Notes: generated by a model from the sequence alone, not told the origin. 64,000 nucleotides of DNA from Candidatus Kapaibacterium sp. (GCA_963664875.1 OY761611.1:1920001-1984000); one strand, 5' to 3'. Shown: positions 46,428-56,104, counted from the stretch's first letter. Made by a program: numbers and translations.

Positions 46428-47468
46428 TTATTTCACAGGTTTTTTATTTCTTAGAATACCAAGAGGCGAGGTTATGTAGAAATATCCGGATTCTTCAATA
46501 TAATTTACTTTCCAGGCATTTTCCACGCAAAATTGGAATTCCCAATCTTCTCCAAAATCAGAGGAAGTGTATAAGTTGAATGTAAGAGAGTATTCCCACT
46601 TATTTTTGCCAACTGTATTATTACCACAGATATTAGCGATCATTGTGCTGTCTTTTGTCATATAATACAATTTCGTTGTGCCTTGATTATGTTTTTTAAC
46701 ATCTATTGGATTAGGATTTTGATATAGTAAATCTTCAGGATTATTATAAATCAAGTAGCCTTCTTTTACATGCTTATCCGGATATCTCATCAGTGTCCAG
46801 CTTTCTCCTTGGTTTTGGCTGATATAATAGTAATCATAATGGAAAACAACAATTGTCTGGTCGTTGAATAGGGTATTTTCATTGGATGCGTATTCGATAT
46901 CACCTCCCAGTTTCTGCCAAGTATCTCCGTTATCTGTAGATTTTAAACTCATTCCTGAATAAATCGTTCCATCTTCATCAAACATTATCTCTCCGTAGAA
47001 ATTATTCTCGACTATAGAGCCATTGTCTTTCAAATTAGAATATATTTCTTCGAAGTTTTCAAATTTTGATAGAGACCTAAATAGCCGATTTCGAATTTTG
47101 TAAAATATTACATTGTGTTTACCAATGTAAATATTCTTATAATCGTTGGTATATTCTACCTCAAATCCGAAATCAAAATCCAAATTTTCAGGGATAATGC
47201 TTTCTCTTAATTCCCAGTCAACTCCATCATCAGATACATATATATCAACTATATTTGTATCCTTTCTGAGTAAATTCAAGTACTGCTTGCCATCAATGTT
47301 ATTTTTATATTGTTCCATAACCCAAGAATGGTTTGGAAATATATTTTCAATTTTGCTCCAGTAAATTTCTTCCTCAGGAGAGATTGCAGGATTTGAGTTG
47401 GTGTCTTTGCAGCCATAAATACTAAAAACTAAAGTAGTAAAAAGCAGGAGTAGTTGTAGTTTTTTCAT
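46428..47468 (-). CDS. Lipoprotein with BNR/Asp-box repeats (paralog 1)
   Basis: Lipobox IYGC; SDDGVDW, KSTDNGDTW, SQNQGESW, SSDFGEDW. Confidence 0.8.
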   Translation of the reverse strand: MKKLQLLLLFTTLVFSIYGCKDTNSNPAISPEEEIYWSKIENIFPNHSWVMEQYKNNIDGKQYLNLLRKDTNIVDIYVSDDGVDWELRESIIPENLDFDFGFEVEYTNDYKNIYIGKHNVIFYKIRNRLFRSLSKFENFEEIYSNLKDNGSIVENNFYGEIMFDEDGTIYSGMSLKSTDNGDTWQKLGGDIEYASNENTLFNDQTIVVFHYDYYYISQNQGESWTLMRYPDKHVKEGYLIYNNPEDLLYQNPNPIDVKKHNQGTTKLYYMTKDSTMIANICGNNTVGKNKWEYSLTFNLYTSSDFGEDWEFQFCVENAWKVNYIEESGYFYITSPLGILRNKKPVK

Positions 47469-47610
47469 GCAATTGCCTTGTTAGTATTCTAATCAACTAA
47501 AATGTCATTATGTAAAATACGAAACTATATAAGATTATACAATATTTTTATACATCTTTATTTTAGTCTTAATTTATATTTATATCAACGCACTTTTTTA
47601 GAATAGGTTG

Positions 47611-47649
47611 CAAAAAAACCGCATCAGAGTTTGCGGTTTCTGATGCGGT
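47611..47649 (-). terminator. Hairpin ACCGCATCAGA-N10-TCTGATGCGGT (copy 2) with T tail on the minus strand
   Basis: Perfect 11-bp stem plus T run, downstream of 47679-48248. Confidence 0.75.
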
Positions 47650-47678
47650 GAGATTAGAATATCGTATTGAGGATAATG

Positions 47679-48248
47679 TTATTTTTCAAAAACTTTTTGA
47701 GCAGTTCCATCTGAAAACACGTGGAAAACAGGAACTCCTTTTGTATCTAAAGGCAGTTCTCTGCCCAGCATATCAAAGACTCCTATAAGTTCCTTATTGG
47801 CAACATTTCTATCTTCTTCAATGCTAGTGGGGCTTCTACTGAGCAATATCGCTTGTACGTCAGGATGAGCTTCCTCATCATCCCAAAAGTTGTAATGCAG
47901 TACAAGCATACCGTTTTCCAATTTTATAATTTCATAAAAGAAATGTGTATAAAACCTTTGCCCTGCATAAACTGTTTGCAGATATTGGAAATGAAGTCTG
48001 TTGGTGGCAGCATCATAGTCCCAAGTCTGAGTGTTAGGATATATTGTTGGCATAAGCTCGCCTGAAGATTCATAGTAAGTGCCGTCAGAGTTGAGGTTAA
48101 GTTCTGTATTTACCGAATATCCCCCTTGCTCACTTACAATAGAGCCATACCAAGTACCTGCAAAATCATTTTTCATATATTCCTGGGCTTGAGAACCGTG
48201 AATAGAGCCAATCAATAAGGCAATGATAAGTGTGTATAATTTCAGCAT
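47679..48248 (-). CDS. Small secreted protein, lipocalin-like beta domain with short T9SS-type CTD
   Basis: Signal peptide; FAGTWYG; C-terminal ELIGVFDMLGRE...FSDGTAQK. Confidence 0.65.
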   Translation of the reverse strand: MLKLYTLIIALLIGSIHGSQAQEYMKNDFAGTWYGSIVSEQGGYSVNTELNLNSDGTYYESSGELMPTIYPNTQTWDYDAATNRLHFQYLQTVYAGQRFYTHFFYEIIKLENGMLVLHYNFWDDEEAHPDVQAILLSRSPTSIEEDRNVANKELIGVFDMLGRELPLDTKGVPVFHVFSDGTAQKVFEK

Positions 48249-48338
48249 GTTTATATTCTCCTAATTTTTTACATAGTCTTACCTAATTTTATACGTATAA
48301 TTGCCACTATTGTTTTTGGTAAAGTCTAAAGATGAATG

Positions 48339-48914
48339 CTATTCTGTCCAAATCCCATGTTTAAACAGATTATACCAAGCTTCGGTTTGAGCTTTTGGGA
48401 ACAGCTCTATTTTATTGAATATCTCCTTAGCAAATTCTATAGGAGCAATTCCGCTTGCAGTAATGATATTGTCTCCGGTAGCAGCTAAGGACTTCTGATA
48501 AAGCTTTTCTCCGGTATAATTTGGAGCCATAGCTTTAAGATAGTTCAAATCATTACTTGTATGTTGTACATTATCCAATAAACCCATTTTCCCTAAATGT
48601 ATAGTAGCCGCACAAATTGCTGCAATGCATATATTTTTCTTGCTGCACTGCCGTATATAGTTAGTAATCTCAGTCATTTCAGAATTTTCCCAGGCAGTAC
48701 CGCCGGGAAGAATAAGCATTTCTATATCCTCAAGATGAATATCAGCTAAGCTATGCGTTGGTTGAATTGTAAGGCCACCCATTGAGTTGATTGGCTTTCC
48801 ATCATCTGAAACGAAACAGAGTTTAAATCTCTTATCTTTGTTTATTTCAGGTGTTAGGTATGATATTTCCCAATCAGAGAAGCCATCGAACAGATAAATA
48901 ATAATGTTTTTCAT
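48339..48914 (-). CDS. DJ-1/PfpI family protein (YdeA-like)
   Basis: DGFSDWE, SMGGL, ILPGG, AAICAAT, HTSN, ITASG. Confidence 0.9.
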   Translation of the reverse strand: MKNIIIYLFDGFSDWEISYLTPEINKDKRFKLCFVSDDGKPINSMGGLTIQPTHSLADIHLEDIEMLILPGGTAWENSEMTEITNYIRQCSKKNICIAAICAATIHLGKMGLLDNVQHTSNDLNYLKAMAPNYTGEKLYQKSLAATGDNIITASGIAPIEFAKEIFNKIELFPKAQTEAWYNLFKHGIWTE

Positions 48915-48975
48915 AGTATTCTTATAATTTGATTTTGAAAAAGTGTTTCTGAGAATGATTCAAATATATGCATCG

Positions 48976-49001
48976 ATATGTGACAACTGTCTGTCATATA
49001 T
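48976..49001. promoter_or_regulatory. Palindromic operator TGACA-N6-TGTCA upstream of the DJ-1 gene
   Basis: ATATGTGACAACTGTCTGTCATATAT, 9/10 arm symmetry, about 65 nt upstream of the ATG. Confidence 0.6.
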
Positions 49002-49094
49002 AAAACACGGCAGTAAAATAGTTTCGAAATATCAGAGGGGTTCTTATAATATATTGCTTTTGATTTTAAGAAATTTATAAATTTAGCGATATAA

Positions 49095-50183
49095 TCAAAA
49101 ATCTATATCAGTAATTGGCAACAAAAGACCAACTCCTATTTGTAGATTTTCTTCAGCTAATCTTTGATGTATATTCCAAAACCGATATCCCGCATAAGAT
49201 TCTATACCAAATCCGTTTTTGTACAAATATCTGATACCTATTTTGGGTTCTATAAATGCTTTTTTCGGAATGATATTTTCAAATTCTTTTGCATTTTCAT
49301 TTACAATCAAATAGTCCCAGTTTATTTTAAAGAACAGTGACACATAATGATCGCTTGTTATTATCGGATAATCTATTCCCGGATTAGTTACTGCAGCGAA
49401 CATAGCTACTAAAAATTGAGAACCGCCAAACATCCAGGTAGCAGTTTCTTTATGGATTACGTAAACTATTCCACCGATTGCACTCATTGCAGGAAAAAAT
49501 AAAGCTTGATAAGATACTCTGTATTTATCGTTTTCTGTTTTGACTATTGAAATATTTGGAAAGGTGAATGATAATAGAGAGTAAGGCTCGTATCCCAGGT
49601 TACCTAAATAAGAAAACATATTGCCTTGAATTATAAAATCATTGTTGTGCGGGGAGTAATAAGCTGCTGCCCAATAGTTTTGAAATCTATCAAAAGGACG
49701 AGGTAGTATGTGCTTGTTTTTCGGGACTTTAATAATTTCTGCAATTTCTAATGGATTGGTTGCGATTAAATTGACTCTAACACTATCCCTCTCTTTATAA
49801 TAACTTATGCCATTAATTATATTTCCTTCCAAACTTCTGATTTTTATACCAGCAATCTGTGTTTGTATTTCTGAGTTTGTATCTAAAGTAATAACAGCAT
49901 CCCCATAATGGAAATAGCAGAAATCAGATTCGCCTTTGGTATAAGATTCATTTATTACTAGTTTTCTGTATATGTCATCATTCAATTCACGATAGTAGAA
50001 ATTAGATTCACCACCTACAGGCAGATGCATGTAAAACTCGTAGCTCTTAATTTCGAGTGAGTCTTCATCAAATTGCACCTGACCGTAATACAGTTTGTCG
50101 ATTGTGTAGGTTAATTCTGTAGCTGAGAGAACCGAAATAGAAAAAGCAAATACGACGAGTAAATATAAAAATGGTTTGTACAT
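49095..50183 (-). CDS. Hypothetical exported protein, possibly outer-membrane
   Basis: Signal peptide; alternating aromatic beta-strands near the C-terminus; terminal Phe; no family recognised. Confidence 0.55.
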   Translation of the reverse strand: MYKPFLYLLVVFAFSISVLSATELTYTIDKLYYGQVQFDEDSLEIKSYEFYMHLPVGGESNFYYRELNDDIYRKLVINESYTKGESDFCYFHYGDAVITLDTNSEIQTQIAGIKIRSLEGNIINGISYYKERDSVRVNLIATNPLEIAEIIKVPKNKHILPRPFDRFQNYWAAAYYSPHNNDFIIQGNMFSYLGNLGYEPYSLLSFTFPNISIVKTENDKYRVSYQALFFPAMSAIGGIVYVIHKETATWMFGGSQFLVAMFAAVTNPGIDYPIITSDHYVSLFFKINWDYLIVNENAKEFENIIPKKAFIEPKIGIRYLYKNGFGIESYAGYRFWNIHQRLAEENLQIGVGLLLPITDIDF

Positions 50184-50257
50184 TTGGTCTTCTTATTTTA
50201 TTTAAACTAAGCCAATATACAAACCATTTTTTCGAATAATAAATTTTTTAATATCAA

Positions 50258-51310
50258 TCACCCAAAATCTTTTACTCCGAAGTATCGCTTACCTATCCAT
50301 ATTGATAGATTTACGAGCATTATCAGCACCGGCACTTCGACCAATGGGCCAATAACTGCGGCAAAAGCTTCTCCGGAATTTATCCCGAATACTGCTACTG
50401 CTACGGCTATAGCAAGCTCGAAATTATTACTTGCTGCAGTGAATGACAGAGTCGCTGTTTTTTTATAGTCAGCACCTAAGACCTTGCCCATAAAGAAGGA
50501 CACCAGGAACATAAATATGAAATAAATTAGAAGCGGCACTGCAATTCTCAAGACATCAAACGGCAGCTTAACGATATATTCCCCTTTGAGTGAGAACATA
50601 ACAAAGATTGTAAACAGTAAGGCGATTAGCGTAATCGGACTAATCTTTGGTATAAACTTTTGGTTGTACCATCTGTCGTCTTTTGCTTTTCTTAGTAGCC
50701 ATCTCGTTAAAAAGCCTCCGAGGAACGGAACTCCGAGATAAATTGCAACACTTTCTGCAATCTGCCCTATAGTTATATTCACTTCAAAAGACTCTAAACC
50801 GAACCAGCCTGGTAGCACAGTTATAAATATGTAGGCATAGATTGAGAAGAAAACTATCTGGAATATGGAGTTAAATGCTACAAGTCCTGCAGCATATTCT
50901 GTGTCGCCTTTTGCGAGGTCATTCCAGACTATTACCATAGCGATACAGCGAGCAAGACCAATCAATATTAGCCCTGCCATATAGTGTGGGTAGTCCTGCA
51001 AAAATATAATGGCAAGCAGGAACATAAGCACGGGGCCGATAATCCAGTTTTGCACCATAGAGAGAGAGAGTATTTTCACGTTACGAAATACTTTGCCGAG
51101 CTCTTCATATTTAACTTTTGCAAGTGGCGGATACATCATAAGTATTAAGCCGAGCGCAATAGGTATATTTGTTGTACCGATGCTGAATTTATCCCAGAAA
51201 TGAGAAATCTCTGGTGAGATGTAGCCCACAGCCACACCTGCAGCCATAGCAAGAAAAATCCACAGGGTCAGATATTTATCTAAGATTGTCATCTTTTGAG
51301 CTATAGACAT
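50258..51310 (-). CDS. acr3: ACR3-family arsenite efflux transporter
   Basis: [51 protein letters not shown]. Confidence 0.95.
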   Translation of the reverse strand: MSIAQKMTILDKYLTLWIFLAMAAGVAVGYISPEISHFWDKFSIGTTNIPIALGLILMMYPPLAKVKYEELGKVFRNVKILSLSMVQNWIIGPVLMFLLAIIFLQDYPHYMAGLILIGLARCIAMVIVWNDLAKGDTEYAAGLVAFNSIFQIVFFSIYAYIFITVLPGWFGLESFEVNITIGQIAESVAIYLGVPFLGGFLTRWLLRKAKDDRWYNQKFIPKISPITLIALLFTIFVMFSLKGEYIVKLPFDVLRIAVPLLIYFIFMFLVSFFMGKVLGADYKKTATLSFTAASNNFELAIAVAVAVFGINSGEAFAAVIGPLVEVPVLIMLVNLSIWIGKRYFGVKDFG

Positions 51311-51319
51311 ATCTCCCCC

Positions 51320-51727
51320 TTAAGCCTTGAATAGTTTAGTCATTTCTTCTTTAATCTCTTTTCTGATTTTGCGGAAGAAAAAGAGTTTTTCTTCTTCGCT
51401 GCCCTGAGCTGCGTCCGGATCTTCAAAACCTTTGTGCAATCTATTTTTCACCTCACCCATAAACACGGGGCAGGTTTCATTTGCATGGTCGCAAACAGTT
51501 ATAACATAGTCAAAGCTCATTTTGATAAACTGATCAGAGTGCTTAGGCACTGCGCCTGTCATATCGTAGCCGTCTTCTTCCATCACTTTAATAGTAAGCG
51601 GATTGACTCTACTTGCAGGCTTAACCCCTGCAGAATAAACTTCCGCATCGGGTAATATTTTTTTGATAATATATTCGGACATTTGGCTTCTACCGGAGTT
51701 ACCGGTGCAAAGTACAAGTATTTTCAT
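51320..51727 (-). CDS. arsC: Thioredoxin-coupled arsenate reductase (LMW-PTP fold)
   Basis: LCTGNSGRSQMSE P-loop; ITVCDHANETCP resolving Cys pair; FEDP. Confidence 0.9.
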   Translation of the reverse strand: MKILVLCTGNSGRSQMSEYIIKKILPDAEVYSAGVKPASRVNPLTIKVMEEDGYDMTGAVPKHSDQFIKMSFDYVITVCDHANETCPVFMGEVKNRLHKGFEDPDAAQGSEEEKLFFFRKIRKEIKEEMTKLFKA

Positions 51728-51768
51728 GTTGATTTATTCCTTATATTTTATTTACACTTTACTTCTCT

Positions 51769-51860
51769 TTAAGACCGTGGTTTATCGTTCCTTAAGACCG
51801 TGGGGTTAACCCCACGGTTGATGCAGAAATTTACTTCTGCCGCCAGCTAAAGCAGGCGGT
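51769..51860. repeat. REP cluster: duplicated TTAAGACCGTGG arm, ACCGTGGGGTTAACCCCACGGT hairpin, GCCGCCAGCTAAAGCAGGCGGT hairpin
   Basis: Same two hairpin families as at 25871-26261 and 54417-54482. Confidence 0.75.
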
Positions 51861-51985
51861 ACAAATTGTAAAATTACAGCTATTTCTGGATATTTTGACT
51901 TACAAGACAACTGCTTGATGCAGCACTCTTCACTTCTAATGTTTAGAAACTTCTGCAAGTATGCAAACCTTCTTTTATAATGTTT

Positions 51986-52693
51986 CTACACCAATTCCAT
52001 AAATATCATTATATAGTAAATTCCTGTCAGAACAAAGATTAAGCCTACAATCTTGCGAAACCATTTTTCAAAAGTTTTGATTTTATTGAATACGCTACCT
52101 ACGCCGGCAAGCCCGTAAGCTAAAATTAGAGAAATAATTATCACCGGCAGACCTGTTCCAATTGAAAAAGACAGCAGGTTTATAAGCGAGCCGTCGTCTT
52201 TTACAGACATCGGTATAAGCATTCCAAAATAAAGCACCCCGCTATAAGGGCAAAACGCAAGGGCAAATACTATCCCCATAAGGAAAGCACTGATGTAGCC
52301 CTTTCCGCTTATTTTGTCGGTTACTTTTTGCGACACACCAACTCCGGTAATATTACCAAATTTGATTACACCAAGCATAAACAGACCTATTATTATAAGT
52401 AAAGGACCGAGTAGCTTTTCGCCATAAGTATTAAAGAGAGTAGATATATCAAATTTGCTTGCTCCGAGATAGATTAGTACGCCCACGCCCACATAGCTGA
52501 CAGCCCTGCCGAATGTATATATAATAGAGTTAAGGAGTACTTTTCTTTTGTCGGAAATATCTTTAGAGAGGTATGCCGTAGCAGTGATATTAGTCGCAAG
52601 AGGGCAAGGGCTGATAGCAGTCATCAGCCCGAGCAAAAATGCACTTATTATAGGAATATCAGAATTTTCGAATAATTGCTGCAAAAATTCCAT
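51986..52693 (-). CDS. arsG: ArsG-family aromatic arsenical permease (CcdA/DsbD-TM-like)
   Basis: MTAISPCPLATNITA, ALAFCPYSGVLYFGMLIP; position in the ars cluster. Confidence 0.8.
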   Translation of the reverse strand: MEFLQQLFENSDIPIISAFLLGLMTAISPCPLATNITATAYLSKDISDKRKVLLNSIIYTFGRAVSYVGVGVLIYLGASKFDISTLFNTYGEKLLGPLLIIIGLFMLGVIKFGNITGVGVSQKVTDKISGKGYISAFLMGIVFALAFCPYSGVLYFGMLIPMSVKDDGSLINLLSFSIGTGLPVIIISLILAYGLAGVGSVFNKIKTFEKWFRKIVGLIFVLTGIYYIMIFMELV

Positions 52694-52695
52694 TT

Positions 52696-53100
52696 CTATT
52701 TCCTTAGTTTATCGATTTCAGTCTTTATTTTTTCGATGTATTCCTTTGTCTTTGCAGCATTCATAAAAGCAAAAGTTGTAAGGTCAACTATTTCTTCTTC
52801 GCCTGAATTGTCTTTTACGAGGATAAGCATACTGCTATCAGCACCATATTTTTTGGCAAGTTTTTCGTTTTCTTCGAAGTTGATAGATTTAAAAACTATC
52901 TTACCTGCTTTTACTTCTTTAGAGTAGTATTTATATAATGCAGCTTTCGCGTTAGCTTCTACTTTTTTGCAGGTAGGGCAGCGTCTTTCGCCATGGAAAT
53001 AATAAATAGTGATTTCAGCTTTTTCAGCTGCAACGACTTCTAATTCAGGCAAAGCCCACATAAAGGCGAGCATCATAAAACTAACTAATAGTAAACGCAT
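52696..53100 (-). CDS. arsF: ArsF-family exported thioredoxin-like protein
   Basis: Signal peptide; IYYFHGERRCPTC; DLTTFAF. Confidence 0.75.
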   Translation of the reverse strand: MRLLLVSFMMLAFMWALPELEVVAAEKAEITIYYFHGERRCPTCKKVEANAKAALYKYYSKEVKAGKIVFKSINFEENEKLAKKYGADSSMLILVKDNSGEEEIVDLTTFAFMNAAKTKEYIEKIKTEIDKLRK

Positions 53101-53110
53101 AAATCTCTCC

Positions 53111-54070
53111 TTAGAATATAAAATTGAAGAAATAGCCTAAGACTATAATAAAAACAGTTACAGTCCCAAAAAATGTTGCGAGGAACTGCCATTTCATAAC
53201 TTTTTTCAGTAACATGGCTTCAGGTAGAGAAAGTCCTACCACAGCCATCATAAATGCAAGCGCTGTACCAAGCGGAATACCTTTGCCGACTAATGCTTCT
53301 ACAACAGGTATAGCACCCGAGGCATTGGTGTACATTGGCACTGCAAGTATCACAGATACAGGAACAGCGAAGAAATTATCTACTGCCATATACTGCTCGA
53401 AGAAGCCATGAGGCACATAGCCGTGGATAGCTCCGCCGATAGCAAGACCCGCTACTATATAAAGAATAATACCTTTGATGATTCTAAATGCTTCGTTACT
53501 AACTTCAGGCATACGTTCAAGAAGAGAGCGGGTGTCTTTATCCCCGGCATTTGGTTTCATCTCCTGCATAGATTTTACCCAGTCAGTCAGGAATCTCTCT
53601 AACTTCATTCTGCCCAGTATCAAGCCACCCAAAGTGCCTAAAATCAGACCTGTCGCCACATATATGAGAGTAACTTTGATACCAAATATACCTATAAAAA
53701 GAGCAACTGCCACCTCATTTATAAGTGGCGAAGTAATCAGAAATGATAATGTTACTCCCATAGGAATACCGCCCTTAACAAAGCCGATAAACAGCGGAAT
53801 GGAAGAGCATGAGCAGAATGGAGTTACTGCACCAAGAAATGCCGCTATAAAGTTTTCAAAGCCAAATAGGTTTCTAGTTGCTAAGAAGTGACGAACTTTC
53901 TCTACGGGAAAGTAAGAATTAAACAAACCCATCAGATGAGTAATACCAATTAGCAATAGACCAATTTTGATAAAATCATAGACAAAGAACTGAAGTGCAG
54001 GCCCTAAACCACCTGCACTGCTAAGTCCGAAAGTATCATAAATCAGCCAGTCTGCAAAAGCTTCAATCAT
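53111..54070 (-). CDS. arsP: ArsP/DUF318 permease (organoarsenical efflux family)
   Basis: TPFCSCSSIPLFIG, FLITSP, VPMY, GTALAFMM, LSLPE. Confidence 0.85.
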   Translation of the reverse strand: MIEAFADWLIYDTFGLSSAGGLGPALQFFVYDFIKIGLLLIGITHLMGLFNSYFPVEKVRHFLATRNLFGFENFIAAFLGAVTPFCSCSSIPLFIGFVKGGIPMGVTLSFLITSPLINEVAVALFIGIFGIKVTLIYVATGLILGTLGGLILGRMKLERFLTDWVKSMQEMKPNAGDKDTRSLLERMPEVSNEAFRIIKGIILYIVAGLAIGGAIHGYVPHGFFEQYMAVDNFFAVPVSVILAVPMYTNASGAIPVVEALVGKGIPLGTALAFMMAVVGLSLPEAMLLKKVMKWQFLATFFGTVTVFIIVLGYFFNFIF

Positions 54071-54074
54071 TGCA

Positions 54075-54323
54075 TTAGCCTAAATGTTTTTCTAATAGTT
54101 CTTTCGCCTGTTTCACATTTAAAAGTGAGCCATAAGAAGCAACTTTTTCGTTTATCACTAAGCCGGGAGTAGTCATTATACCATAAGCGAAGATTTTTTC
54201 CATATCATCTACTTTTTCAACCTTCACATCCAAGCCCATTTCTTTAACAGCTTCTTCAACATTTGCCTGCAATTTTGTGCATTTAGCACAACCTGTACCT
54301 AGTACTTTGATAGATTCAATCAT
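54075..54323 (-). CDS. Small redox-active disulfide protein (MTH895/ArsE family)
   Basis: IKVLGTGCAKC...YGIMTTPGLVINE. Confidence 0.88.
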   Translation of the reverse strand: MIESIKVLGTGCAKCTKLQANVEEAVKEMGLDVKVEKVDDMEKIFAYGIMTTPGLVINEKVASYGSLLNVKQAKELLEKHLG

Positions 54324-54383
54324 TTTTGTTTTTCCTTTAGAAATTACTGTATTATTGCTATGGAATTACCATTATTATTTTCA

Positions 54384-54557
54384 GAGCTTGTCTTAAAAGT
54401 AAAATTTGAAATTTTTGCCGCAAGCTAAAGCATGCGGTTGCACATATGTAACTCATTGCTACCGCCTGCTTTAGCTGTCGGTAGAAACGCATATGGCAAT
54501 TATTAATTTACATATTTGCTAAAGTGTATGTAACACTACTAATTCTGCGACAAGCTC
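54384..54557. mobile_element. MITE/REPIN-like element: 9-bp terminal inverted repeats enclosing an inverted REP doublet
   Basis: GAGCTTGTC (54384-54392)...GACAAGCTC (54549-54557); inside, GCCGCAAGCTAAAGCATGCGGT-TGCACATATGTAACTCATTGCT-ACCGCCTGCTTTAGCTGTCGGT. Confidence 0.65.
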
Positions 54558-54589
54558 GTGATAGCATAAGACACACGGTTCTAACATTA

Positions 54590-54940
54590 TTACCCCAACT
54601 CACAAAAACTGACACCGCAGCCGCAGGTTTGTCTATCTGCGAGCACAAGCGGATCGTCGTTTAGTATCGATTTTATATGATTTAAGTGGCAGCGGACACT
54701 CTCATCTTTGCTGTTTTCGACAAGAGAATAATGTACCCACTTACCCTCTTTTCTGCCTTGTATCAGCCCTGCGTCCCGAAGTATCGAAAGGTGCTTTGAA
54801 ACAGTTGAGTTTGCAAGACCGAGTATATCAGGAATTTTGCAAACACATTTCTCACCTGCTTCCAAAATCTTTAGTATTCTAAGCCGATTCGGATCAGAAA
54901 GGGCTTTGTATATTTTAACTGTGCTATCCATAAATCTCAT
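54590..54940 (-). CDS. arsR: ArsR/SmtB family metalloregulator
   Basis: KALSDPNRLRIL, EKCVCKI, STVSKHLSILRDAGL, RKEGKWVHY; C-terminal CGC...C. Confidence 0.93.
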   Translation of the reverse strand: MRFMDSTVKIYKALSDPNRLRILKILEAGEKCVCKIPDILGLANSTVSKHLSILRDAGLIQGRKEGKWVHYSLVENSKDESVRCHLNHIKSILNDDPLVLADRQTCGCGVSFCELG

Positions 54941-54946
54941 TTCGTT

Positions 54947-54966
54947 ATTTCGCTAATTGTCGAAAC
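54947..54966. promoter_or_regulatory. Probable ArsR operator
   Basis: TTTCG-CTAATTGT-CGAAA palindrome immediately upstream of arsR. Confidence 0.5.
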
Positions 54967-55087
54967 GTAATATACGTTTGAATTTATATAATTGCAAGCT
55001 TTTCCTACCATTACAAATAAAATACATAGCGACATCATACGTTAATTATATTAGCGGTTTTTAATTTTATATCATATACATATCGCC

Positions 55088-55501
55088 ATGACAAGCAAAA
55101 ACACAAGCGGCAAATTCAAAATAACCTATATTACTACTAACGAATTTGAGATTAAATTCGAGGAAAGAGAGCAATACCTCTATGCTTTTGTGAAGGGATC
55201 ACAAGATAGCAAAAGTGTTTCAATTCAATTTTTAGAATTTGTTTTCTCGAGAATGGATGAGCTAAAATATGACAAGGCACTTATAGAAGAAGACTTCCCA
55301 AACCAAATTTCTATAGGTGACTTATACGAGGTTACAGAATATATTATTAAATATTTGAAAGGTGGTAAAAAACTTGCTCACGTTGATGATCAATCCGCCG
55401 ATTTGGATTTAAATCAGTTTGCTGAAACTGTTGCTACGAATCGGGGTACTTTATTCAAATCTTTCGGCGACAATAAATCTGCATTGAACTGGCTCCTATA
55501 A
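55088..55501 (+). CDS. Hypothetical protein, SpoIIAA/STAS-SEC14-like fold suspected
   Basis: FAETVATNRG..F.D..SALNWLL C-terminal pattern; paralog immediately downstream. Confidence 0.65.
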   Translation: MTSKNTSGKFKITYITTNEFEIKFEEREQYLYAFVKGSQDSKSVSIQFLEFVFSRMDELKYDKALIEEDFPNQISIGDLYEVTEYIIKYLKGGKKLAHVDDQSADLDLNQFAETVATNRGTLFKSFGDNKSALNWLL

Positions 55502-55697
55502 GTTTGTTATATTTTTAGCACTTTAAGAATTCTTAGTCTATTTTAAAACTATGCCACCAAAAACAACTTATTTTATTCTATTCCTTATAGGGATTAAAAC
55601 ATTCACTACAGATAGTTAAATTCAGTAGAAGTACCTATTTATATATCTCTATATTTACGTATTTTGAAATACTTATTATTGCGTACCAGAGAATCAG

Positions 55698-56104
55698 ATG
55701 TTATTTAGTCAAGTACTTTTGCCGGATACTGTTGAGTATTCATATACATTAAAAGAGAAAGATAAAACAAACTATCTTTATGCTTTCGCTAAAGGTAATA
55801 AAGATACTAAAGAAGTTTCTTTTGATTACCTCTTTACTGCCTTGAATAAGGCTGAATTTTTCAATACTGATAAAATTTTATTAGAAGAACACTTTGGTTC
55901 TCAACTGTCGACAACTGAGTTATTTGACATTGTACCTTCTTGGTTCATAAATCTGAGTGTAAATATAAAATAGCACATGTAGATCGTAGCTCTTCCGATA
56001 TAGATTTAAATAGATTTTTCGAACAAATTGCTGTAAACAGGGGCCTAAACTTTAAAGTTTTCGACCACTTAGAAGAAGCAGAGAAGTGGCTCTTAGAATT
56101 GTAG
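55698..56104 (+). pseudogene. Frameshifted paralog of 55088-55501
   Basis: First frame matches the paralog to ...STTELFDI; the -1 frame continues CTFLVHKSECKYKIAHVDRSSSDIDLNRFFEQIAVNRGLNFKVFDHLEEAEKWLLEL*; one base missing near 55930 (GACATTGT). Confidence 0.8.

Noticed and set aside
44052-48248. Integron cassette array (hairpins as attC sites)
   Set aside because: Hairpins lack RYYYAAC/GTTRRRY ends, are not present between each gene, and no integrase is present
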